Source: Longimicrobiales bacterium (GTDB lineage Bacteria; Gemmatimonadota; Gemmatimonadetes; Longimicrobiales; Gaopeijiaceae). From it: a stretch of DNA of 64,000 nt. Location of the stretch: contig JAWLHJ010000001.1 of assembly GCA_041690395.1 (NCBI GenBank), positions 768,001 to 832,000 of the forward strand, written 5' to 3'. Under the pieces are notes generated by a model. That model did no database searches. It was not told the origin of the DNA and was given only the letters and a program-made list of their open reading frames with translations. Of the stretch, positions 9,704 to 17,735 are shown piece by piece (positions within the stretch are counted from its first letter, which is position 1; each line of letters starts with the position of its first letter). The translations under genes and the position numbers were made by a program.

Positions 9704-10338
9704 CGGTCCGCTCCGTGATGCGGCTCGGCGGCGCGTTCGCCGGCGCCCTCCGCGACCCGGTCCTCGCCGCGCTCGTTCCGGTCGTAGTACCCGAACGGCG
9801 GCTCGTACCGGTAGGTGTCCTCGAAGCCGAGGAGCGCCCAGCCGACCCCGTCGCGATTGCCCCCGTACTCGGGATTCCCGACGAGCCCGATCAGCACGAG
9901 CGTCCGGGCGAAGAAGAAGAAGCCCGGGTCCTCCGTCTCGATCGCCGTGATGATCTCGTCCTGGCGGGCCTCCGGGAGGTCCGCGAAGGCGTCGGCATCC
10001 GCGTCGGGGAAGGTCTCCCGCACCCGCTCGTCCATGGCCGCGAGACCTCCTCGAACGATCGGCAGGAGGTCCGCTAGAACGCTTCCGAGCGCCTGGTCGG
10101 CGAAGTACACCGAGCCCGCCTCGCGCGCGCCCGGCGTGTCGTCGGTGGGCACGATGCGGGCCGCGAAGGCGTCGAAGTCCGCGCCTTCGCGCTCGGTGAA
10201 GGTCACGAAGGCGAGACCGTCCCGCATGGCCTCCGAGGAGCACGCCTGCAGCGCCGCGATGAACGGCGAGAGGCGCATGAGCCAGGCTCCTCCCATGAGC
10301 GAGCCGGACGTCGAGAGGAAATCCCTACGGGTGGTCAT
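9700..10338 (-). CDS. Gluconate 2-dehydrogenase subunit 3 family protein with Tat signal
   Basis: TRRDFLS Tat motif; RIVPTDDTPGAREAG and NPEYGGNRDGVGW. Confidence 0.9.
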   Translation of the reverse strand: MTTRRDFLSTSGSLMGGAWLMRLSPFIAALQACSSEAMRDGLAFVTFTEREGADFDAFAARIVPTDDTPGAREAGSVYFADQALGSVLADLLPIVRGGLAAMDERVRETFPDADADAFADLPEARQDEIITAIETEDPGFFFFARTLVLIGLVGNPEYGGNRDGVGWALLGFEDTYRYEPPFGYYDRNERGEDRVAEGAGERAAEPHHGADR

Positions 10339-10440
10339 GATTGCCGTCTCCTCGCGTGAGTAGACCCCCACGCGACGACAATAGCCCGTCCTACCCGATT
10401 TCGCTTCCCCTACCGCGGTCCGCCGCGCCCGCCGCGTCGC

Positions 10441-10935
10441 CTACTCCGTGCTCGACCGCGTCGCCAGCTCCCGGTCGAGCATGAAGATCGCGGCCTCGTT
10501 GTCACCGGCCATGCGCAACTGATCGACGATGGTCCCGATCGAGTCCTCCTCCTCGACCTGCTCGGTGATGAACCACTGGAGCTCGAGCTGGGTGGCGTGA
10601 TCGTGCTTGGATACGGCCAGATCGTAGAGCTTGTGGATCATCTCCGAGACCTTCTTCTCGTGACCGAGCGCATTCTCGAAGATCTTCAGCGGATCGCCGA
10701 AGTCCTCGGGGGGCGCCTCGACCCCGCCGAAGCGCACCTGGGCCCCGCGCCGGTTCATGTAGTCGAACAGCCGCATCGCGTGTGTGAGCTCTTCCTCCGC
10801 CTGGAAGCGCATCCACTTGGCGAACCCGAGAAGGCTCTTGAGGTCGAAGTGCGCGGACATGGCCAGATAGAGGTAGGCGGCATAGAGCTCCTTGCCGATC
10901 TGATCGTTGAGTGCGTCCTGAACGCCCTTGTCCAT
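10441..10935 (-). CDS. ftnA: Non-heme ferritin
   Basis: LNDQIGKELYAAYLYLAMS, QAEEELTHA, HEKKV, LQWFITEQVEEE ferroxidase ligands; AAGGAG SD upstream. Confidence 0.92.
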   Translation of the reverse strand: MDKGVQDALNDQIGKELYAAYLYLAMSAHFDLKSLLGFAKWMRFQAEEELTHAMRLFDYMNRRGAQVRFGGVEAPPEDFGDPLKIFENALGHEKKVSEMIHKLYDLAVSKHDHATQLELQWFITEQVEEEDSIGTIVDQLRMAGDNEAAIFMLDRELATRSSTE

Positions 10936-11094
10936 GCGGGGCTCCTTGCTTCGGGGGATCTGCTGACGGGCCATCGAACGAATCTATCAGGCGATGCCTC
11001 ACGGGTCATTCGAGGCCCCATGTGACCGATCGGCCGGTCGCGGAGTGTGAATGACATACCCGTACGTTTGGACCTCAGCAGGGAGTCCCCCACC

Positions 11095-12561
11095 ATGTCC
11101 GACTCGAAGCCACTCGCATCACGTCTGCTTCCAGCGCTCATGCTCGCGCTCGCCGTGGGCGCCTGTGACAGCACGCCCGTCGACCAGGGGGAGCCTGAGT
11201 CGACGAATGGTGAGGTCGCCACGCTGAGCGTCCTCCTCACCGACGCCCCCGCGGACTACATCGCCTCCGCCGAGGTCGACATCGGCCGTGTCGAGCTGCT
11301 TCCGGCGGGTGACGGGCCGCCCATCGTGCTGTCCGAAGACGGCACCGACGGCTTCGTGAACCTCCTCGACTTCCAGGACGCCGCCACCATGCAGCTGGCC
11401 GAGGCCGAGATCGAGGCGGGTGACTACACCCAGCTCCGCCTCATCGTCGAGTCCGCCCGCGTCGGGCTCGTCGAAGGGTACGCGTTCCGCGACGGCAGCA
11501 CGGAGAAGGATCTCTTCGTGCCGAGCGGCGCACAGACCGGCATCAAGCTGAACCTGCAGGGCGACGAGGACATGCCGCTCACCATCGTGCCCGGCGAGAC
11601 GGTCCTCGTGCTCGACTTCGACGTGAACCGCAGCTTCGTGATCCAGGGCAACCTCGCGACGCCCGCCGGCGCGCACGGGGTCATCTTCAAGCCGACCCTC
11701 CGCGTGACCGCCATGGACGTCGCCGCCAGCATCTCCGGCGTCGTGTCCACCGAGCTCGAAGGCGTGTCGGTCGAGGCCCTCGTGGTGACCGCCGAGCCGA
11801 CCGATGCGGGTGACGTGCCCGGATATCAGACTCTGGCCGGGACCGCCGTGACCGACGAGGGCGGCGCCTACACGATCCACTTCCTGGTGCCCGGCTCGTA
11901 CGACGTGACCGTGGCCGTGGACGAGGGCCTCGGCACCGACCCGGCCGTGCGCTCCGTCGAGCTCGGATACTCCGAGGACGCCTCCGGCGCCGATTTCGAG
12001 ATCATCGATATCGCCGGGAGCATCTCCGGAACCGTGACCACCGCGCTCGAGGGCGCGTCGGTCGAAGGGCTCGAGGTGACCGCCCAGTCCGATGCCGACG
12101 GCGCGGAGCCCGTCACCGCGACCATGGACGCCGACGGCAACTACACGTTCGAGTCCCTCCTGGCCGGCACGTACACGGTGACCGTCGAGGTCGGTGAGGA
12201 CCAGGTGACCGACCCCACGGCCGCGGTCGTGGAGCTGGGAGCCGGTGAGGACGTCATCGACGTCGACTTCGAGATCGTCGAGGATGTCTCCGGCAGCATC
12301 GCCGGCAGCGTCAGCACCGCGCTGGAAGGCTTCTCGGTCGAAGGACTCGAAGTGACCGCCACGCCGGCGGAAGGCGACCCCGTCACGGTGGAGACCGACG
12401 CCGAGGGCGCGTACATCTTCGAGTCGCTCCTGGCCGGGACCTACACCATCACCGTCGATGCCGGCGAGGGGTTCACGACGGACCCGGCGAGCCGGGAGAT
12501 CGAGCTCGCGGAGGATGCCGAAGAGGTCGACGTCGACTTCGCGGTGATCGCCGCCTCGTAA
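11095..12561 (+). CDS. DUF4382 lipoprotein with three tandem carboxypeptidase-regulatory-like beta-sandwich repeats
   Basis: Lipobox VGAC; LLTDAP, Y.QLRLIV, VPSGAQTGIK, LDFDVNRSFV; three repeats beginning (A/G)SI(S/A)G. Confidence 0.85.
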   Translation: MSDSKPLASRLLPALMLALAVGACDSTPVDQGEPESTNGEVATLSVLLTDAPADYIASAEVDIGRVELLPAGDGPPIVLSEDGTDGFVNLLDFQDAATMQLAEAEIEAGDYTQLRLIVESARVGLVEGYAFRDGSTEKDLFVPSGAQTGIKLNLQGDEDMPLTIVPGETVLVLDFDVNRSFVIQGNLATPAGAHGVIFKPTLRVTAMDVAASISGVVSTELEGVSVEALVVTAEPTDAGDVPGYQTLAGTAVTDEGGAYTIHFLVPGSYDVTVAVDEGLGTDPAVRSVELGYSEDASGADFEIIDIAGSISGTVTTALEGASVEGLEVTAQSDADGAEPVTATMDADGNYTFESLLAGTYTVTVEVGEDQVTDPTAAVVELGAGEDVIDVDFEIVEDVSGSIAGSVSTALEGFSVEGLEVTATPAEGDPVTVETDAEGAYIFESLLAGTYTITVDAGEGFTTDPASREIELAEDAEEVDVDFAVIAAS

Positions 12562-12628
12562 CGGCAGTCTTCCGGTCGAGCGGGTCGCGCCCCCAGACCG
12601 AGCGGGTCCGCCCCTCGGCCGGCGACCC

Positions 12629-12669
12629 AAGACCGCCCCGTCCGGATTCGTTCCGGGCGGGGCGGTTTT
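12629..12669 (+). terminator. Probable intrinsic terminator
   Basis: Stem GACCGCCCCGTCCGGA / TCCGGGCGGGGCGGTT followed by a short T run, downstream of the DUF4382 gene. Confidence 0.65.
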
Positions 12670-12710
12670 GCGTGGCGGGTGTGGGGTTGGGTGGGGCGAG
12701 GTGCGGGTGG

Positions 12711-12755
12711 TGCGGAGCGGGAGGGTGCGGAGCGGGAGGGTGCGGAGCGGGAGGG
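12711..12755 (+). repeat. Tandem repeat, 3 x 15 bp TGCGGAGCGGGAGGG
   Basis: Three exact copies read directly, inside a G-rich tract. Confidence 0.9.
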
Positions 12756-12857
12756 AGGGCGGGCGGGGGGCGAGTGGGCTGCGCGGGCCGCTCCGGCGCG
12801 CGGCGTGAGGGCTGAGCCGGATCGGCCGCGCCTGACCGGACTGCGCGACGCCCCGAT

Positions 12858-13035
12858 CGGGGCAAACTGCACAATCGCGCACCCCGAGCGCGTCTCTGCA
12901 TGGATTGTCCCCGCTATGCGGGGTCAACTCATCAATGGCTGCGGGCTGGGCTCGTCCCTGTGCACTTGCCCCCGCTATGCGGGGAAAACCCGCAAGGTGG
13001 TATCGCGGGCGTGCACGATTGTGCAGTTTGCCCCG
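12858..13035. repeat. 178-bp inverted-repeat-bounded element, copy 1
   Basis: Perfect 20-bp IR CGGGGCAAACTGCACAATCG (12858-12877 / 13016-13035); internal CCCCGCTATGCGGGG hairpins at 12909 and 12970; followed by (CCCG)n. Confidence 0.9.
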
Positions 13036-13151
13036 CCCGCCCGCCCGCCCGCCCGCCCGCCCGCCCGCAGGTCATCACGCGCGCACCGCTTCGACCCGCT
13101 ATAGGTTCCTCCAGGGGTCGCGGGCGAGCGTTCCAGTCGGAGGAGTTCCCA

Positions 13152-15413
13152 GTGCGTCGTCTCCATGTCGGTGTGTTCCTGTTCGGTGTCGTGCTGATCT
13201 CCGCATGCGGCGACGGACCCTCGGACGTGGAGCAGAACACGCCGCCGTCGGTGGCCATCGTCTCGCCCGCCACCGAAACGCTGTTCTCCGGCGGTGACGA
13301 CCTCGATGTCGAGATCTCCGGCACGGACGAGCGGGACGGGACGTTGGGTGATGCGGCCCTGTCGTGGTGGGTGGTCCTCCATCACGACACGCATGTCCAT
13401 CCCTACCTGCCGCCGGTGGCCGGATCCGTCGGACGTGCCTCGGTGTCGAGGACCGGACATGTCGATACCGACATCTTCCTGCGGGTCTACGCCCGCGCGG
13501 CTGACGAGCAAGGGCTCGCCGACACCGCCTGGGTCGATGTGGGCCCGCGCCTCGTGTCGCTGAACCTCGCCACGCAGCCCCCCGGCCTTCAGGTGACCAT
13601 GGACGGCCAGCCTCGGACTACACCGGCCACGGTCGGAAGCGTGGTGGGCATGGACCGAGCCCTGGGTGTGCCCACGCCCCAGACCCACGATGGGCTCGTC
13701 TACACCTTCGACTCCTGGTCCCATGGCGGTAGCGCCGGCCAGACGTATGTGGCGCCGGCGGGCGATGTCACGCTGACGGCGACGTTCACCTCCGCCGGCG
13801 GCGCCAACCAGTCTCCCACGGTTTCCGTCACCGCACCTCTGGACGGCGCCACGGTGACCCTCGGCGAGACCACGACGATCACCGTGGAAGCAAGCGATTC
13901 CGACGGGACCGTATCGCTGGTGGAGTTCCGAGAGGGCTCCACTCTGCTCGGCTCCGACGACACCGCTCCATTCAGCATCCAGTGGACGCCCGGTACCGTC
14001 GGCTCCCGGATCCTCACCGCGCGGGCCACGGACGACCTGGGCGCCGCCACCGTCTCGTCCGGCGTGACCGTGACGGTGCAGTCGGGTGGCGGGGGCTACG
14101 TGACCCCGCCCACGACGACGCTGACGGCACCCGTCCAGGGCACGCTCGGGCTGACCGGGAGCATAGCGGTCGCTGCCACCGCATCGGACGACGTGGGCGT
14201 GACGCTGGTGGAGTTCCAGGTCGACGGCGCGACCCTCGCCACGGACGACACCGCTCCGTACAGCGCGACGTTGCCGGCCACCAGCGCCTACGCGAGTGGA
14301 GCGCACACCTTCAGGGCTCGGGCCCGGGACGCGGCGGGGAACTGGTCACCCTGGTCGGCGGCGACGGTGACGTTCGGTGGAGGCGTCGCGCTGCCGGCCG
14401 GGTTCACCCGGACCACCGTGGCGTCGGGTCTGGACTACGGGTTCCTCACGGCCGCCGCGTTCGCTCCGGACGGCCGGCTGTTCGTGCTGGAGCAGTGGGG
14501 ACGTGTGCGCATCATCGAGAACGGGTCGTTGGTCCCCACGTCCTTCGTTCAGCTCCCCGTATCCGCGGACGGGGAGCGAGGCCTGTTGGGCATCGCCTTT
14601 CATCCCGACTTCGAGACGAATCAGCTGGTCTACCTCTACTACACGACGGAAGAGGGGGGAGCGCACAATCGAATCAGCCGGTTCACTGCGAATGGGAACG
14701 TCGCGGTGCCTGGTAGCGAGGAGATCCTCGTTGAGCTCGACCCGCTTGGCGCCATCTTCCACAATGGCGGGGCCATGGCGTTCGGCCCCGACGACAAGCT
14801 CTACGTCGCGGTGGGCGACAACGTAAACGGGGAGATGTCTCAGAGCCTGTCGTCTCGCTTCGGCAAGATCCTGAGGTACAACCCGGACGGCAGCATTCCG
14901 TCGGACAACCCGTTCAACGGATCCACGTCCGGTCCCTACCAGGCCATCTGGGCGATGGGGCTCCGGAATCCCTTCACCTTTGGATTCCGGCCCGGTACGG
15001 GACGCATGCACATCAACGACGTCGGAGAGGGGGGATGGGAGGAGATCAACCTCGGCAGGGCGGGGGCGAACTACGGTTGGCCGGCCACCGAAGGCCCCAC
15101 GTCGAACCCTTCGTACCGTGCACCCATCCTGGCCTATGCGGCGTTCGACCCCAGTCCCACGCTCTACAGCGGCAACTCCATCGTCGGCGCGGCGTTCTAT
15201 GACCCGCCGGTGAACAGCTTCGGGGACACCTACGCCGGAGACTACTTCTTCGCGGACTACGTGCGGGGTTGGATATACCGCATGGACGCCGACGAGTGGG
15301 ACACCGCGTACGCGTTCGCGCAACTCGGCACCGGCATCACGAATCTGCTCGTCGGTCCGGACGGAGCGCTCTACGTCCTCATGGGATCGCAGGTAGATCG
15401 GATCTCTCCGTAG
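13152..15413 (+). CDS. PQQ-dependent glucose/sorbosone dehydrogenase-family lipoprotein with Ig-like domains
   Basis: AGGAG SD + GTG; lipobox ISAC; Ig-like repeats (D.TAP(F/Y)S); GERGLLGIAFHPDF, HNGG, GLRNPF, EEIN..GANYGWP. Confidence 0.88.
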   Translation: MRRLHVGVFLFGVVLISACGDGPSDVEQNTPPSVAIVSPATETLFSGGDDLDVEISGTDERDGTLGDAALSWWVVLHHDTHVHPYLPPVAGSVGRASVSRTGHVDTDIFLRVYARAADEQGLADTAWVDVGPRLVSLNLATQPPGLQVTMDGQPRTTPATVGSVVGMDRALGVPTPQTHDGLVYTFDSWSHGGSAGQTYVAPAGDVTLTATFTSAGGANQSPTVSVTAPLDGATVTLGETTTITVEASDSDGTVSLVEFREGSTLLGSDDTAPFSIQWTPGTVGSRILTARATDDLGAATVSSGVTVTVQSGGGGYVTPPTTTLTAPVQGTLGLTGSIAVAATASDDVGVTLVEFQVDGATLATDDTAPYSATLPATSAYASGAHTFRARARDAAGNWSPWSAATVTFGGGVALPAGFTRTTVASGLDYGFLTAAAFAPDGRLFVLEQWGRVRIIENGSLVPTSFVQLPVSADGERGLLGIAFHPDFETNQLVYLYYTTEEGGAHNRISRFTANGNVAVPGSEEILVELDPLGAIFHNGGAMAFGPDDKLYVAVGDNVNGEMSQSLSSRFGKILRYNPDGSIPSDNPFNGSTSGPYQAIWAMGLRNPFTFGFRPGTGRMHINDVGEGGWEEINLGRAGANYGWPATEGPTSNPSYRAPILAYAAFDPSPTLYSGNSIVGAAFYDPPVNSFGDTYAGDYFFADYVRGWIYRMDADEWDTAYAFAQLGTGITNLLVGPDGALYVLMGSQVDRISP

Positions 15414-15446
15414 GCCGTATGCCCGGTCCGGTCCCGCCCGCCGTTA

Positions 15447-17372
15447 CTACCCTTCCTCAGGCCCGCCCAGCGTGGTCGCCACCACCGCGGCGAGCTCCTC
15501 GAACGTGATCGGCTTCTGAACGAGCTGTGTGACGCCGGCGCCCTCGATGACGGCCGGGTCGAGCTCGTCGATGAAGCCGGTCAGCAGGATGATCGGAAGA
15601 TCGGGGCGGACCCCGCGGATGGCGGTCGCGAGCTCCAGCCCATTGATGCCCGGCATGAGGTAGTCGCTGATGACGATGTCGAAATCGTCGGGCGCGGCCT
15701 CCAGCTGCTCGAGCGCTTCTTCGCCACTCGCTGCCGTCGCCACCACGTAGTCTATACGCTCCAGCCGCCGCTTGCCGACAGCGACGAGGCCGGCCTCGTC
15801 GTCCACGTAGAGGACCCGCGCTCCCGATCCGTGCAGGGGAGCGAGGATGTCCGACGCATCCTCCGTTTCTTCCGACTCCACCGCGGGTAGGATGAGTCGG
15901 ACCCGCGTCCCGGTGCCCGGAGCGCTGTCCAACTCGAGGGCGCCCCCGTGCTCGCGTGCGATTCCGTGCACGATCGCCAGCCCCAGCCCCGAGCCTTTGC
16001 CCGGCGGCTTGGTCGTGAAGAAGGGCTCGAACACCCGGCTCTGCGTCTCGGCGTCCATGCCCGTTCCGGTATCCTCGACGGAAAGGATGGCGTGGAGTCC
16101 CTCCCGCAGCGTCGGATGCGTCCGAGCCCGGCTGTCGGCGATATAGGCCGGCTCGGCCCGGAAGGCGAGGCGCCCTCCACCCGGCATCGCGTGGACCGAG
16201 TTGGTGCCGAGGTTCATGAGCACCTGGTGGATCGCCGACGGATCGACGAGCACGCGTGGCGTGTCGGGATCGACCGTCGTGGAGATGTCGATGTTCGGCG
16301 GGCTCGTCGATCGGAGGAATCCCTCGACCTCTCGCATGACGTTGTCGAGGGGAAGTACGCGTCGCTCGCCCTCCCGCCGATGCCCGACCGCCTGGATCTT
16401 CCGGACGAGGTCCCGTCCGCGATGCACGAAGCGCAGCAAATCCTCCAGGTCGCGACGCCCGTCGGAATGCTCGACGGAGTCGCCGAGCAGTTCCGCGTAT
16501 CCCATGATCGCGCCCAGGATGTTGTTGAAGTCGTGCGCGATGCCGGCCGCCAGCGTTCCCACGGCGTCCATCTTCTGAGCCTGGCGGAGCTGCTGCTCCA
16601 GGACGGACCGCTCCTCCTCCACCCGTCGGCGCTCGGTGATGTCGACGATGGAGGAGAGCACGAGCAGCCCTTCCTCGGTCTCGATGGGGTTCAGGCCGAT
16701 CTCCACCGGGATCTCGGTGCCGTCCTTGTGCAGTCCGAAGAGGTCTCGCCCGGCGCCCATGGGCCGGGCGTCGGGCTCATGGAAGAACGACGTGCGAAAG
16801 CCTGGATGCGCGCCGCGGAACCGCTCCGGCACGAGCACTTCCATGGGCTGTCCCATAAGCTCGTCGCGGTCCCACCCGAACATCCGCTCCACCTCGCGGT
16901 TCACCAGGACGATCTTGCCGCGCTTGTCGACCATCACCATGCCCGCGGGTGACGACTCCACGGCGGCCTTGAAGCGGGCTTCGGCCCGGCGCCGGGCGCT
17001 GATGTCCACGATGGACGACAGCACGAAGAGCCCCTCCTCGGTCACCACGGGGGTCAGCCCGATCTCGAGGGGGACTTCCGTGCCGTCTTTTCGCCGGCCG
17101 TACAGATCGCGCCCGGCGCCCATGGCCCGGACGGACGGATCCTCGAGGAAGTCCTGCCGGAAGGCCGCGTGGCCCATGCGCGCCGCTTCCGGCACCAGGA
17201 GGTCGACCGGCTTGCCGAGGAGCTCCTCGCGGGAGTATCCGAACAGCCGCTCGATCTCGCGGTTCACGAGTACCATGCGCCCCTCCGGGTCCACCATGAG
17301 CAACCCGCTCGGGGCGGACTCGACCGCGGCGCGGAGGCGGAGCTCCACCGCGCGTCTATCGTCAGACGTCAT
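15447..17372 (-). CDS. Hybrid sensor histidine kinase: 2 PAS + HisKA + HATPase + receiver
   Basis: Two near-duplicate PAS domains; GIAHDFNNIL H-box, FEPFFTTK..GSGLGL, YVDDE..D..MP..KP receiver. Confidence 0.95.
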   Translation of the reverse strand: MTSDDRRAVELRLRAAVESAPSGLLMVDPEGRMVLVNREIERLFGYSREELLGKPVDLLVPEAARMGHAAFRQDFLEDPSVRAMGAGRDLYGRRKDGTEVPLEIGLTPVVTEEGLFVLSSIVDISARRRAEARFKAAVESSPAGMVMVDKRGKIVLVNREVERMFGWDRDELMGQPMEVLVPERFRGAHPGFRTSFFHEPDARPMGAGRDLFGLHKDGTEIPVEIGLNPIETEEGLLVLSSIVDITERRRVEEERSVLEQQLRQAQKMDAVGTLAAGIAHDFNNILGAIMGYAELLGDSVEHSDGRRDLEDLLRFVHRGRDLVRKIQAVGHRREGERRVLPLDNVMREVEGFLRSTSPPNIDISTTVDPDTPRVLVDPSAIHQVLMNLGTNSVHAMPGGGRLAFRAEPAYIADSRARTHPTLREGLHAILSVEDTGTGMDAETQSRVFEPFFTTKPPGKGSGLGLAIVHGIAREHGGALELDSAPGTGTRVRLILPAVESEETEDASDILAPLHGSGARVLYVDDEAGLVAVGKRRLERIDYVVATAASGEEALEQLEAAPDDFDIVISDYLMPGINGLELATAIRGVRPDLPIILLTGFIDELDPAVIEGAGVTQLVQKPITFEELAAVVATTLGGPEEG

Positions 17373-17517
17373 GGCACCGCCTGGGAGGAGGGGTGACCCG
17401 TCGGATCAAGTGCTCGGGGGGCCCCGACGCACGGGACGGTCCCCGAAGTGATGATCGCCGCGGGGACTCAGGTCTGCAAGGAACAGTCCTCCCGCCTTCG
17501 CCATGTGGCGCTCCGAC

Positions 17518-17695
17518 CGGGGCAAACTGCACAGTGGCGCGCCCCGCCGGCGCGCCTGTGTGGATTGTCCCCGCTATGCGGGGTCAACTCATCAATGGCT
17601 GCGGGCTGGGCTCGTCCCTGTGCACTTACCCCCGCTATGCGGGGAAAACCCGCAAGGTGGTGCCGCGGGCGTGCACGAGTGTGCAGTTCGCCCCG
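17518..17695. repeat. 178-bp inverted-repeat-bounded element, copy 2
   Basis: Same length and orientation as copy 1, 4660 bp downstream; core 17561-17661 matches 12901-13001 at 100 of 101 nt; followed by CCCG/CCGG runs. Confidence 0.9.
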
Positions 17696-17735
17696 CCCGC
17701 CGGCCCGCCCGCCCGCCGGCCGGCCGGCCCGCCCG

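Noticed and set aside
9704..10243. Long N-terminal extension of the GMC oxidoreductase
   Set aside because: It overlaps the subunit-3 gene out of frame; the ATGA coupling at 9700-9703 gives the likely start.
12904..12992. Calling the hairpin pair a bona fide CRISPR array
   Set aside because: Only two imperfect repeats, the same spacer in both copies, no leader and no cas genes in the window; kept as a hypothesis under findings.
12900..13151. N-terminal extension of the sugar dehydrogenase ORF
   Set aside because: It is a read-through of the repeat element; the SD, GTG and signal peptide at 13152 mark the likely start.
12858..17695. Composite transposon
   Set aside because: No transposase and no target-site duplication; similarity between the copies extends beyond the inverted repeats.
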